A stretch of 64,000 nucleotides of DNA from the NCBI RefSeq assembly GCF_000737315.1, contig NZ_JMCB01000016.1:10052-74051 (forward strand). Direction: 5' to 3'. Position 1 is the stretch's first letter. Each line of letters starts with the position of its first letter. Below are positions 36,588 to 46,656 of the stretch, piece by piece. The translations under genes were made by a program, and so were the position numbers. The notes below the pieces were generated by a model. The model was not told where the DNA came from. It worked only from the letters and a program-made list of their open reading frames with translations, and did not search any database. Source of the DNA: Hyalangium minutum (GTDB lineage: Bacteria; Myxococcota; Myxococcia; Myxococcales; Myxococcaceae).

Positions 36588-39500
36588 TCAATGGGGTTGA
36601 GTCCGCGCCGGACGCACGAGGGGCCTGGCTCCTGGCGCCACAGGGCAGATGCGGTGATCATTCAGGGCATTGATGTGGCCCTCGGCGTTGCCCGTGAACG
36701 AGCGGGCATAGATGCCGCCATCGAAGCTCCCATTGCTGAAGTCGATGGCGGCCTTCGGTGCCAGCACTGTGCCCCAGAAGCCATAACCGTTGGCGGTGAC
36801 GCTCGTGGCATCCACGAAGTGATAGAGGATGCCGCGCTGATCGATCCCCCCGCTGAACGCGTGCCCAAAGCCCGTCAACTGGGCCGACGCTCCGCGGATG
36901 TTGAGGATCGCCAGCGAGCCCGCGGGCGCTTGAACGGACAGCAGTACGGCCCCGGTGAAGGCGCTGGCATCCACGTCGAACACATTCACGCCCGGGTCGG
37001 AGCCGCTGAGCATGACGCCGCCCCAGCTCTCGCGGACCGTCGCGCCGTTGGCAGGCAGCGCGGCCAGCCGGGACGACAGCGTGCGAAGTTGGGCACCCCG
37101 GGCCGCGAAGTCGATGGGGGTGCCTTGAGACACAGCCCCCCGGATGACGCTCACCGATGGATCCGAGGAGTAGTTGCCGCCATACCACGCGTCTCCCCAG
37201 ATGCCGCCGCGTGAGAGGCTCAGGTTGCCTCCCGCAACCAGCGTCTGGGCGATGGACGTGTCTGGGACTCCAGCGCCCACGGCAAAGTCAGTCATCGTGA
37301 TGTTGCCGCCGGCCGCTACCTTCCCCTGGACATCGTGCCCACCCGAGTAGTCCTCCAGCAGGAAGAGGTTGAAGTCGCTCAGCTGGACATCCAGGCAACC
37401 GGTATCCCCGCCGCCATCCTCCCCGCCGCCGCAGGTGAATGAGCAACTGGCACCGTTGCCCGACGCGTCCGTCGCGGTGCACGCCACCTGGTTCCCCGTG
37501 GTGGTGCACGTCACAGTGGGCGGAACCCCACAGGAATCCGAGGCCGTTACTCCCTCGGCCAGCGCTCCCTCGGCCGGACAGGTTGGCACCGAGGCGGGGC
37601 AGTGGAGGACCGGGCCTGTCGTGTCCAGGACCGTCACCTGGGCCTCACACGAAGAGGACAGCCCCGTCGAATCCGTGCACGTGAGCGTCACCCGCCGCGA
37701 GCCCACGCCGTAGGGGCCCTCGGGAGACTGCACACACGTCACCGTGTCTGCCGGGTCGGGATCGAGCGAGCCATCGTTGATGGAGGCGTTCACGGTGCCG
37801 CACGCTGGCCCCGTCGGGGCCGTCACGCTGCGGCAGCGGGCCACCGGCGGGTGGTTCACGCAGTACGCGCCGGAGCAACTCGGCCCGTCTGCGGGGTCAT
37901 CCCAGACGAGCTGCTGAGTGCTGACTGCGGGCTCTGGCATTCCCTCGGTGAAGGCAAACACCTCCACCGTGTTCCCACAGGCCAGGAGCGGCGCGGTGAA
38001 CGCGAAGGTGGGATCCGTGCCGCAGGACTGGCACAGCGTGATCTCGGGGCCGCCGTTGAGCCGGTACCAGACGCGGTCCACTTGGCTGGGGGCGCTCCGC
38101 ACCACTCCCGCCACCGTGGCCGAGGGGGATTGCGCGCACCCAGGGGTGGGGGAGATGGACACCGTGAGCGGAGGCACCACCTTGGTGCGCTGCCCGCAGC
38201 CAAGCTGCATGGAGATGGGAGCGAAGTTGGCGCTGTTCACCTGGCCCGCCGCGTTGACCATCAGGGCGCTCGGCGCCAGGGTATAGCTCCCCTGCGGGAG
38301 CGTCAGGCGGATCGAACCTCGGGCTGCGGCCGTCTCGTAGGTGCGCGGAGTCCCGCGCGAGGCGCCCGAAGTCGTGTAGGAGGTCTGCTGCCCGCGCCAG
38401 TCCTGCCCCGTGAAGCTGCCGGTCACCGAGACGGTGGGCGCAAAGAAGCGCGCCTGCGTGTTCCAGTACTCCAGGGAGATCTCATTGAAGCAGTACTCAT
38501 GATCGACGCGGAAGCGCTCGCCGCCCGCCACCCGCGCGCTGTTCTGCGCCTGCTGAAGCGTGAGCTCGCCATCGAGGAAGCGGGCGGGATCGTTGCTGTC
38601 CGCCGGTGAGGAGGCGAAGTTCAGACGCAGGTAGTCCTGGGTCCACTGCCGCGGCTCACTGTAGGGGGTCAACAGGATCTGATCATAGACAGACACGAGC
38701 TGGCCGGTGGTGGGCTCGAAGCTGCCCCGGAACGCAGTCGCGCTGCCTCCGCCGTTGGGGTTGGAGGCGCTGAGCATGGAGCCACAGGAGATGCAGTTCG
38801 GGCTCCCCGGGGAATCGGAGTCGCTGACCCTGAAAAAGAGGGATTGCAGCGCGCTCCGAGCTCCCGGGTGCTGCGAGACATAGGGATCCACCAGCCGGAG
38901 GGCGCCATAGGCATACGCGGGCCGCATGACGAAGGGGTAGCGTGTCTCTCCGTCGATGACCCGCGTGACGGGCGTCGTCGCGTTGCCCACCACCACGCCA
39001 TCATTCGCATATTCGGTGGTGACCGATTGCGCATCGAGGCCCGTCCGAAAAGCCGCGGACGTGCGCAGCCCGTAATCGCCCTCGAGCAGATCCCCGATGG
39101 TCCACCACGAGCTGGGATCGCTGATGGGGGCCAGCGGAGTGGTGTCGACCACGGAGCCATACCGGAGGTACCCCGGGTTCGCGGCCAGGGTGTCTTGCCG
39201 GTAGGCCGTCTCCCCGATGACCTCCCAGGGCCCCGTCAGGGCGCCTCGGGGAGGAGGAGGCGGCGGCGGGGGCGGCGGGGGCGGCATCGGGAGGCAGAGG
39301 GTCCGGATCTCATCGCAGGCCACGCTCAGATCCGTGTAAAAGAACGAGTAGTGGAGCCCCTCTTCCGTGCTGAGCCAGTAGATGACCGTCTTCAACGGGT
39401 GAGCTCCCGCCGGGAGATAGGCAATGTACGAGCGGCCCTCGGGCTCTGTCTTCGGGTATCCGGCAAAGCCCCCCACCCACGCTTGGTAGACATCCCGCCG

Positions 39501-40022
39501 GGTCGCGCACGTCTCATCCGTTCCGCCAATGAGCCGGATGACGCCCATGCACTGCTCCAGGGTGACGGTGGACGGATCCGGCTGCTGGCTCCTGGTGCGG
39601 ACCGTGACCCCCGAGGCCGCGAAGTTCAAGCCGGAGTGGTTCGCGTCGAGCGAGTACGTCACGCCAGCGTCCCCTCCGGCGCCCGCCTCGACGAGGATCT
39701 CGAAGGTGTACTCCCAGGGATGGGTGAACGTGACGGTGCTGGTCGAGGCGCTATACCCGGACGGAGAGGTGCTGGCTGCGGACACGGAGCCGATCTCCCA
39801 CCCATCCTCCGCCAGCAGCGTCTGGATCGCCGGGTTCTGGTTGGTGAAGCGGACCGTGCCCTGGATGCTGTTCGTGGTCAGCTCCACGCCTCCGCTCGCG
39901 AGCGGCACGGCCGCGCGCTCTGAGGCCGACTCCAGCGCGTGCTCCTCGATGGGGCTGCACGCCAGCAGCCCCAGAATGCCTAAGATTGCCCACCCACAGC
40001 TTCGGTATGGCTGCATCATCAT
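36588..40022 (-). CDS. Large lipoprotein with Ig-like/HYR-like modules and a C-terminal choice-of-anchor A domain
   Basis: Lipobox LLA-C; NHPPVARC...DGSLDPD...VTLTCTD module; C-terminal FNLFLLED...DVQGKVAAGGN...GTVLAPKA...GHIN. Confidence 0.8.
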   Translation of the reverse strand: MMMQPYRSCGWAILGILGLLACSPIEEHALESASERAAVPLASGGVELTTNSIQGTVRFTNQNPAIQTLLAEDGWEIGSVSAASTSPSGYSASTSTVTFTHPWEYTFEILVEAGAGGDAGVTYSLDANHSGLNFAASGVTVRTRSQQPDPSTVTLEQCMGVIRLIGGTDETCATRRDVYQAWVGGFAGYPKTEPEGRSYIAYLPAGAHPLKTVIYWLSTEEGLHYSFFYTDLSVACDEIRTLCLPMPPPPPPPPPPPPRGALTGPWEVIGETAYRQDTLAANPGYLRYGSVVDTTPLAPISDPSSWWTIGDLLEGDYGLRTSAAFRTGLDAQSVTTEYANDGVVVGNATTPVTRVIDGETRYPFVMRPAYAYGALRLVDPYVSQHPGARSALQSLFFRVSDSDSPGSPNCISCGSMLSASNPNGGGSATAFRGSFEPTTGQLVSVYDQILLTPYSEPRQWTQDYLRLNFASSPADSNDPARFLDGELTLQQAQNSARVAGGERFRVDHEYCFNEISLEYWNTQARFFAPTVSVTGSFTGQDWRGQQTSYTTSGASRGTPRTYETAAARGSIRLTLPQGSYTLAPSALMVNAAGQVNSANFAPISMQLGCGQRTKVVPPLTVSISPTPGCAQSPSATVAGVVRSAPSQVDRVWYRLNGGPEITLCQSCGTDPTFAFTAPLLACGNTVEVFAFTEGMPEPAVSTQQLVWDDPADGPSCSGAYCVNHPPVARCRSVTAPTGPACGTVNASINDGSLDPDPADTVTCVQSPEGPYGVGSRRVTLTCTDSTGLSSSCEAQVTVLDTTGPVLHCPASVPTCPAEGALAEGVTASDSCGVPPTVTCTTTGNQVACTATDASGNGASCSFTCGGGEDGGGDTGCLDVQLSDFNLFLLEDYSGGHDVQGKVAAGGNITMTDFAVGAGVPDTSIAQTLVAGGNLSLSRGGIWGDAWYGGNYSSDPSVSVIRGAVSQGTPIDFAARGAQLRTLSSRLAALPANGATVRESWGGVMLSGSDPGVNVFDVDASAFTGAVLLSVQAPAGSLAILNIRGASAQLTGFGHAFSGGIDQRGILYHFVDATSVTANGYGFWGTVLAPKAAIDFSNGSFDGGIYARSFTGNAEGHINALNDHRICPVAPGARPLVRPARTQPH

Positions 40023-40156
40023 CCCCTCGCGTACCTCGTCCGAGACACTATACGGAGACGGAATTCTCGAAGACCGCCGTCATCTTCGCAGTGAACTTTA
40101 GGGCAGGGTCAGGTTGAATGGACAAACCCCTGCGGATGTGTACTCGCTATGCGCCC

Positions 40157-40705
40157 ATGGAACTGCTCACTGCCCGCCTGCGTCTGCGCGAGTTCGAAGA
40201 GGACGACTGGCGCGTCACCTGGCCCTACGAGTCCGATCCGGAGGTCGTCCGCTACCAGTCCCACGGGGTCCGCACGCCCGAGGAGAGCTTGAAATACATC
40301 CGGGACTCCAGGGCCACGGCCACGGAGAGCCCTCGGCGCATTCATGACTTGGCGGTGGTGCTTCGCGAGGACGGACGCCTGGTGGGCCGCTGCGGCTTGA
40401 AGGTGGTGGACCTCGAGCAGCGCGAGGGCGCGCTCTGGTATGTGCTCGACCGCTCGCAGTGGGGCAAGGGCTACATCTCCGAGGCCGCCGAGGCGATGCT
40501 GGACTTCGGCTTCCAGACGCTGGGCCTGCATCGCGTGTGGGCGGACTGCGATCCGCGCAACGAGGGCTCCGTGAAGGTGGTGCGGCGGCTCGGCTTCCGG
40601 CTGGAGGCGCACTTCCGCGAGAACGTGTTCCTCAAGGGCGAGTGGTGTGACTCGCTCATCCACGCCATCCTCGACCGGGAGTGGGCGGCGCGCCCGAGGA
40701 AGTAG
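40157..40705 (+). CDS. GNAT N-acetyltransferase (RimJ/RimL type)
   Basis: LLTARLRLREF, QWGKGYISEA, LGLHRVWA, NEGSVKVVRRLGF. Confidence 0.93.
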   Translation: MELLTARLRLREFEEDDWRVTWPYESDPEVVRYQSHGVRTPEESLKYIRDSRATATESPRRIHDLAVVLREDGRLVGRCGLKVVDLEQREGALWYVLDRSQWGKGYISEAAEAMLDFGFQTLGLHRVWADCDPRNEGSVKVVRRLGFRLEAHFRENVFLKGEWCDSLIHAILDREWAARPRK

Positions 40706-40860
40706 AAGAGCGCGGGAGCACCGGGCTGCCACGAAAATTCCAGGGAGCCTGGTGCACGTAGGGAAGCCAGAAATTCAGGCGTAAGTTTTTTATGCGGATT
40801 TCTGGGATGTCGGCCGGTTCGTCCCCTCTCATGACTGGGTGACGAAGTCCGGAGGAATCG

Positions 40861-43005
40861 ATGAAGAACAGGCCGGGAATTGTAGTGCTCGCTGCCTCGC
40901 TGGCGCTGACGCAGGCGTGTGGCACGAACGAGCAGCAGCCGCAGCAGGAGTCCGCAGCCCCCACCGTGCAGGTGGACGCGCCCAGGACGGAGGACTCCGC
41001 TCGCGAGGATGAGTCCTTCGATGCGCTCTTCCAGGAGGCCGGGGAGGAGTTCGATGTGCCGCCCGCGCTCCTCAAGTCCATCTCCTTCGTGCAGACGCGC
41101 TACCAGATGGTGGAGAGCGCCGAGGAGTTCGAGGGCCGCCCGGTCGTCTACGGACTGATGGCGCTCACGGGGGCTCAGCTCGACGAGGGCGCGAAGCTGG
41201 CCGGCGTCACGGCGGAGCAGGCGAGGATTGACGCGCGCTCCCACGTTCGTGCAGCTGCGGCGCTGCTGTCGCGCCACGCGGATGCGCTGAAGGTGGATCG
41301 GACGCAGGCGGTGAAGTGGGCACCGGCGGTGGCCGAGCTGTCCGGCATTCAGAACGAGGAGGGCCGTCGCAGCTTCGTCCACAACGAGGTCTTCCGCGTG
41401 GCCCGCCTGGGACTCGGGGCGCTCTCGCAAGAGTGGGGCGTGAGTGGACAGGGCTTGGCCGTCGAGGAACTGGGGCAGCAGCGCCAGGGGCTCGCCGGTC
41501 CGGACTACGCGCCGGCCGTGTGGCGGGCCTCGCCCAACTACAACTCCCGGCCCATGGGGGTGAAGATGGTGATCATTCACACCTGCGAGAGCAGCTACTC
41601 GGGGTGCTGGAGCTGGCTGACCAACTCCAGCTCGCAAGTGAGCGCGCACTACGTGGTGCGCGAGGATGGCGGGGAGATCAGCCAACTCGTGCGCGACGGG
41701 AGCCGGGCCTGGCACATCGGCGCCACGTACCAGTGCAGCAACAACAGCGGGGTGGAGTGCGGGCTGAACGGGAGAAGCTCCAACGACTTCACCATCGGCA
41801 TCGAGCACGGCGGGTATGCGTCGACGGTGAACTGGCCGGTGGGGCAGATCGACGCCTCGGCCCGGCTGCTGTGCGACATCACGCGTGACCACGGGATTCC
41901 CCGTGACCGTTACCACGTGGTGGGGCACGGCAAGCTCCAGCCTTACGACCGCACGGATCCCGGGTCCAACTGGCCCTGGACGGACTACCTCAACCGAGCC
42001 AATGCGCATTGCGGCACGGCGTGCGTGCTGATGGGGGACATCAAGGCGAAGTACGACGCGGTGAACGGCCCGGTGCTGCTGGGGAAGTGCCAGGCCGGAG
42101 AGCTGTCCACGCCGGATGGGGTGGGGCGCTACAACCACTTCGAGCGAGGCAGCATCTACTGGACGCCGACGCTGGGAGCGCACGTGGTGGTGGGTCAGAT
42201 CAAGATCAAGTGGGAGCAGCTGGGGTGGGAGCGCAGCGTGCTGGGCTATCCCATCACCGACGAGCTGGCGGCGCCGGACGGGAGGGGCCGCTACAACCAC
42301 TTCGAGCGAGGCAGCATCTACTGGACGCAGGAGTTGGGGGCCTGGGAGGTGCACGGGAACATCCGTGCGAAGTGGGAGCAGCTGGGGTGGGAGCGCAGCG
42401 TGCTGGGCTACCCGAAGACAGGAGAGCTGACGACGCCGGACGGAGTGGGGCGCTACAACCACTTCGAGAACGGAAGCATCTACTGGACGTCGGCGACGGG
42501 AGCGCACGAGGTGCGGGGACAGGTCTATACAAAGTGGGCGGAGCTGGAGTGGGAGCGCAGCGTGCTGGGCTACCCGCTGACGGACGAGCAGGGAACGCCA
42601 GATGGGGTGGGGCGCTATAACCACTTCCAGAATGGAAGCATCTACTTCACGCCGGCGACGGGAGCGCACGCGGTAGTGGGTGACATCAACGCCAAGTGGG
42701 TGGCGCTGAGCCGGGAGGCAGGGCTACTGGGCTACCCGCTGACGGACGAGACGAAGACCCCGGACGGAGTGGGGCGCTTCAACCACTTCCAGAATGGAAG
42801 CATCTACTGGACGCCGACGACGGGAGCGCGCGAGGTGCATGGCCCCATCCGGGCCAAGTGGGAGTCGCTGGGCTGGGAGAGGAGCGCGCTGGGCTACCCG
42901 GTGCGAGACGAGTACGCCGTGACGGGTGGCCGTGAGAGCGAGTTCCAGAAGGGCTTCCTCACGCTCAACACCGCCACCAACACCGTCACCGTGCGCATGA
43001 AGTAG
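40861..43005 (+). CDS. Lipoprotein N-acetylmuramoyl-L-alanine amidase (Amidase_2) with N-terminal lysozyme-like region and six LGFP repeats
   Basis: Lipobox TQA-C; IIHTCE, SAHYVV, AWHIG, IGIEHGG, VVGHG, RTDPG; 54-aa LGYP...[11 protein letters not shown] repeats. Confidence 0.92.
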   Translation: MKNRPGIVVLAASLALTQACGTNEQQPQQESAAPTVQVDAPRTEDSAREDESFDALFQEAGEEFDVPPALLKSISFVQTRYQMVESAEEFEGRPVVYGLMALTGAQLDEGAKLAGVTAEQARIDARSHVRAAAALLSRHADALKVDRTQAVKWAPAVAELSGIQNEEGRRSFVHNEVFRVARLGLGALSQEWGVSGQGLAVEELGQQRQGLAGPDYAPAVWRASPNYNSRPMGVKMVIIHTCESSYSGCWSWLTNSSSQVSAHYVVREDGGEISQLVRDGSRAWHIGATYQCSNNSGVECGLNGRSSNDFTIGIEHGGYASTVNWPVGQIDASARLLCDITRDHGIPRDRYHVVGHGKLQPYDRTDPGSNWPWTDYLNRANAHCGTACVLMGDIKAKYDAVNGPVLLGKCQAGELSTPDGVGRYNHFERGSIYWTPTLGAHVVVGQIKIKWEQLGWERSVLGYPITDELAAPDGRGRYNHFERGSIYWTQELGAWEVHGNIRAKWEQLGWERSVLGYPKTGELTTPDGVGRYNHFENGSIYWTSATGAHEVRGQVYTKWAELEWERSVLGYPLTDEQGTPDGVGRYNHFQNGSIYFTPATGAHAVVGDINAKWVALSREAGLLGYPLTDETKTPDGVGRFNHFQNGSIYWTPTTGAREVHGPIRAKWESLGWERSALGYPVRDEYAVTGGRESEFQKGFLTLNTATNTVTVRMK
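42022..42489. repeat. 468-bp near-identical direct repeat, copy 1 (LGFP units 1-3)
   Basis: Matches 43851-44318 with only scattered substitutions and no indels. Confidence 0.9.
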
Positions 43006-43052
43006 CAGTCCTGGCGGACTCCTGAAGTCCGCCTCGGACGATTGAAGTCCAC

Positions 43053-43088
43053 TTGCGGCGGGAGAGGACCCATCGCCTCCCGCCGCAA
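43053..43088. terminator. Intergenic hairpin between the two LGFP genes
   Basis: 12-bp perfect stem ttgcggcgggag / ctcccgccgcaa. Confidence 0.5.
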
Positions 43089-43130
43089 GGCCACACCTCC
43101 GCCGGTTCCTCCCTTTCCCCGAGAAGACGC

Positions 43131-44510
43131 ATGCGCCTGTCACGCCCTTGGCTGTTGTTGTGCGCCCTGACCGTCATCAGCTGTGGTGTTCCCGATGAAG
43201 AACCCCGTCCTGTGGATGAGCTGACCGGCCAGGTTCTGCTCGATCTGGCCGGGGCCTACGACATGCACCGGCTGATGGAGGATGCCGACCTGACGGGTGG
43301 AGGTTGGATCACTCCCGCGCAGGTGCAGCAGTTCCTCCAGCAGAAGGGCTCTTTTCTGGCCGGGTACAGGGACCCCGTGTGGGGCAACAAGACGGCCGCC
43401 ACGCTCATCGTCGAGCGCTCCCGCGCCTCTGGCATCAGCCCGCTCTACATGCTGGCGCGCATCCAGATCGAGTCGGGCCTCATCCAGAGTGGAACCTCGA
43501 GCAACCTGGACAAGGCCACCGGTTGTGGGTGTCCGGACAGTGGGGGCTGCAACACGAGCTACGCGGGTTTTGGCAACCAGGTGGAGTGCGGTGCCGCGAA
43601 GATCCGGGGCTACCTGAGGGCGCTGGACGCGGGCGGGACCACGGTCAGTGGATGGAAGGTCGGCCTCACCAAGCAGACGTCGGACCCCTGCACGGTGACG
43701 CCCGCCACCAAGGCCACCGCCGCGCTCTATACCTACACGCCGTGGGTGGGCGCGTATGCCATGCAATGCGGAAGGACCACCGTAGGGGGTTCCTCGCTCG
43801 TGGCCGCCGTCTTCAGCCGTTACAGGACCGATTACAACTGGGGCACCGGTTGCGTGCTGATGGGGGACATCAAGGCAAAGTACGACGCGGTGAACGGCCC
43901 GGTGCTGCTGGGCGCGTGCCAAGCCGGGGAGCTGTCCACGCCGGATGGGGTGGGGCGCTACAACCACTTCGAGCGAGGCAGCATCTACTGGACGCCGACG
44001 CTGGGAGCGCACGTGGTGGTGGGGCAGATCAAGATCAAGTGGGAGCAGCTGGGGTGGGAGCGCAGCGTGCTGGGCTACCCCATCACCGACGAGCTGGCGG
44101 CGCCGGATGGGCGTGGCCGCTACAACCACTTCGAGCGAGGCAGCATCTACTGGACGCCGGAGTTGGGGGCCTGGGAGGTGCACGGGAACATCCGTGCGAA
44201 GTGGGAGCAATTGGGTTGGGAGCGCAGCGTGCTGGGCTACCCGAAGACAGGAGAGCTGACGACGCCGGACGGAGTGGGGCGCTACAACCACTTCGAGAAC
44301 GGAAGCATCTACTGGACGCCGACGACAGGAGCGCACGAGGTGCACGGCGCCATTCGGGCCAAGTGGGAGTCGCTGGGCTGGGAGAGGAGCGCGCTGGGCT
44401 ACCCGGTACGGGACGAGTACGTCGTGACAGGCGGCAGTGAGAGCGAGTTCCAGAAGGGCTTCCTCACGTTCAACACCGCCACCAACACCGTCACCGTGCG
44501 CATGAAGTAG
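43131..44510 (+). CDS. Lipoprotein with putative lysozyme-like catalytic domain and four LGFP repeats
   Basis: Lipobox VIS-C; SPLYMLARIQIESGL (possible catalytic Glu), ATGCGCPD, ALYTYTPWVG; LGFP tail shared with the upstream gene. Confidence 0.8.
   Translation: MRLSRPWLLLCALTVISCGVPDEEPRPVDELTGQVLLDLAGAYDMHRLMEDADLTGGGWITPAQVQQFLQQKGSFLAGYRDPVWGNKTAATLIVERSRASGISPLYMLARIQIESGLIQSGTSSNLDKATGCGCPDSGGCNTSYAGFGNQVECGAAKIRGYLRALDAGGTTVSGWKVGLTKQTSDPCTVTPATKATAALYTYTPWVGAYAMQCGRTTVGGSSLVAAVFSRYRTDYNWGTGCVLMGDIKAKYDAVNGPVLLGACQAGELSTPDGVGRYNHFERGSIYWTPTLGAHVVVGQIKIKWEQLGWERSVLGYPITDELAAPDGRGRYNHFERGSIYWTPELGAWEVHGNIRAKWEQLGWERSVLGYPKTGELTTPDGVGRYNHFENGSIYWTPTTGAHEVHGAIRAKWESLGWERSALGYPVRDEYVVTGGSESEFQKGFLTFNTATNTVTVRMK
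43851..44318. repeat. 468-bp near-identical direct repeat, copy 2
   Basis: Matches 42022-42489 at an offset of 1829 bp. Confidence 0.9.
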
Positions 44511-44542
44511 TTTCGTTCGGTGGACCTCAGAGCCGGAAGTCC

Positions 44543-44641
44543 TCACGGCGCAGGCTGTACGCGCGCATCCTCCGGAACCGCACGCCGGAAGAGCAGACGC
44601 TCGGTCTCCAGGAAGGTCTCGGGTGGCAGGCGGGGCCTCAT
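44543..44641 (-). pseudogene. Possible N-terminal remnant of a RimJ-type GNAT
   Basis: MRPRLPPETFLETERLLFRRAVPEDA then an early stop. Confidence 0.4.
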
Positions 44642-44761
44642 TGAATTCCACCTCCTCGCGGAGCGGAAGTCCGGCGGCTCAGCGAGCGGGGGGACGCAGG
44701 CTTGCATCGCACTGGGCTTCCGGGGAACCCCTGGCACTCGAATCATGTTGCCGGTGCCGGA

Positions 44762-46606
44762 ATGCGCAAACCTCTCCTCTTCGTCTCAGGTCTTCTGGCG
44801 GCGTGGCTCTTCTCGGCATGCGAGGACGCGGCCCTTTCGGCGCAACCTCCCGCCGCCGAGGCACTGTCTCCGGAGCCTCAAGGTCCTCCCCAGCCACTGA
44901 CGGCGGCGAACTGCCGCACGCTGATCACGCCGGTAGTGCGCGCGAGCGGGGATGATGGCGCGGGCAGCGTGGCGTCCAATACGCAGGATGACGACCTCGT
45001 TACGCGCTGGAGCGGCTACGGCAAGGGAGCGTGGCTGCTGCTGGACCTGGGCGAGGTGCAGCCGCTGACGGGGGCCGCCGTGGCGTGGCACCTGGGCACG
45101 GTGCAGCGCAACACCTTCACGCTCTCCATCTCGGAGGACGGAACGAACTACACGCAGGCGTACTCGGGCGTCAGCGCGGCAAACACCACGCCGCAGACCT
45201 ACCTCTTCAGTGCCCCACGGCAGGCGCGCTACGTGCGCATCAATGTGTATGGCAACACGCTCAACGACTGGGCCTCCATCACCGAGGCTCGCGCGTGCGG
45301 CGAGGAGCGGTCGACGGCGCCCGCCGAGGGGGACTCGGGACCGGTGCTGCCGCGCCAGCCCTACCTGCAGAGCGTGGGCCAGACGAGCGCCATCGTGGCG
45401 TTCCGGACCAGCGTGTCGTGCACGCCCTTCGTGCGCTACGGCCAGGGAACGGACCTGTCCAAGACGGCGACGGCGTCCGCGGCAGGCTGGCGGCACGCGG
45501 TGAAGCTGACGGGCCTGACGCCGGGGCGGACGCACAGCTACGTGGTGGAGGCGTGTGGCTCGGTCACCGGTGTGCGGCAGTTCCGCGCCGCCCAGCCCCC
45601 GACGAACACGAGCCTGCGATTCACGGCGATGGGGGACTTCGGTACGGGCGGCTTGAGGCAACAGCAGGTGGTGGATCGTCTCGCGCAGCCGGGCAATGCC
45701 GGCGAGCTGCTGCTGGCGCTTGGGGACAACGCTTACTCCTCGGGCACCGAGCAGGAGTTCCAGGACCGGATGTTCACGCCCATGGCGGCGCTGCTGCGCA
45801 AGGTGCCGTTGTTCCCCAGCCTGGGCAACCATGAGTACGTGACGAACCAGGGGCAGCCGTATCTGGACAACTTCTACTTGCCGGCCAACAACCCGGCGGG
45901 CTCGGAGCGCTACTACTCGTTCGACTGGGGCCCCGTGCACTTCGTGGCGCTCGATTCCAACTGCGCCATCGGTCTGGCCTCCTCGGATCGCTGCACGCTG
46001 GCGGCGCAGAAGAGCTGGGTGGCCCAGGACTTGGCCGCCACGCAGCGGCCGTGGAAGGTGGCCTTCTTCCACCATCCGCCCTGGTCCAGCGGCGAGCACG
46101 GCTCTCAGCTGACGATGCGGCGCGAGTTTGGCCCGATCTTCGAGCAGTACGGGGTGGATCTGGTGCTCACGGGGCATGACCACAACTACGAGCGCTCCAA
46201 GCCGATGAGGGGTGATGGCTTGGCGGGCTCGGGGACGCGGGGCATCACCTACGTGGTGGTGGGCAGCGGCGGCGCGAACCTGCGGGCCTTCCTGGTCTCG
46301 CAGCCGAGCTGGACGGCGTACCGCAACAACACGGACGTGGGCTACCTGGAGGTGGCGGTGAGCGGAGGGACGCTGAGCGCCAGGTTCCTCACCCCCAATG
46401 GCGCGGTGAAGGACAGCTTCACGCTGACGAAGACACTGCCGGCCTCGGTGGAGCACCCCACGGATTTCTCGGCCTCCTCGCTGGAGACGCCTCCGGGGCC
46501 GGCGGACGATCCGGCGCACGAGCCCGCCGGGCTGCGCTTCGAGAAGGTACTGCCCCCTGCGAACAGCCCGGAGGCGGTGGCGGACGACGATGTGCCGGCG
46601 CGCTGA
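44762..46606 (+). CDS. Secreted metallophosphoesterase (purple acid phosphatase-like) with discoidin/F5-8 type C domain
   Basis: Lipobox FSA-C; DDDLVTRWSG discoidin region; MGDFG, LGDNAY, GNHEY, FHHPPW, GHDHNYER. Confidence 0.92.
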   Translation: MRKPLLFVSGLLAAWLFSACEDAALSAQPPAAEALSPEPQGPPQPLTAANCRTLITPVVRASGDDGAGSVASNTQDDDLVTRWSGYGKGAWLLLDLGEVQPLTGAAVAWHLGTVQRNTFTLSISEDGTNYTQAYSGVSAANTTPQTYLFSAPRQARYVRINVYGNTLNDWASITEARACGEERSTAPAEGDSGPVLPRQPYLQSVGQTSAIVAFRTSVSCTPFVRYGQGTDLSKTATASAAGWRHAVKLTGLTPGRTHSYVVEACGSVTGVRQFRAAQPPTNTSLRFTAMGDFGTGGLRQQQVVDRLAQPGNAGELLLALGDNAYSSGTEQEFQDRMFTPMAALLRKVPLFPSLGNHEYVTNQGQPYLDNFYLPANNPAGSERYYSFDWGPVHFVALDSNCAIGLASSDRCTLAAQKSWVAQDLAATQRPWKVAFFHHPPWSSGEHGSQLTMRREFGPIFEQYGVDLVLTGHDHNYERSKPMRGDGLAGSGTRGITYVVVGSGGANLRAFLVSQPSWTAYRNNTDVGYLEVAVSGGTLSARFLTPNGAVKDSFTLTKTLPASVEHPTDFSASSLETPPGPADDPAHEPAGLRFEKVLPPANSPEAVADDDVPAR

Positions 46607-46656
46607 GTACCGCAGGAGCAGGGATGCGCTTGGCGGAGCAGTCCCCCTTAGATGAT

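Noticed and set aside
40471-42669. Long antisense ORFs (also 53144..55216, 55872..57845, 33714..35042, 43140..44651)
   Set aside because: Shadow frames opposite well-supported genes in high-GC DNA, with no recognisable motifs.
42022-44510. 162-bp periodic repeats as a CRISPR array or DGR template/variable pair
   Set aside because: They are coding LGFP repeats. Differences are not adenine-specific, and there is no reverse transcriptase or cas gene in the window.
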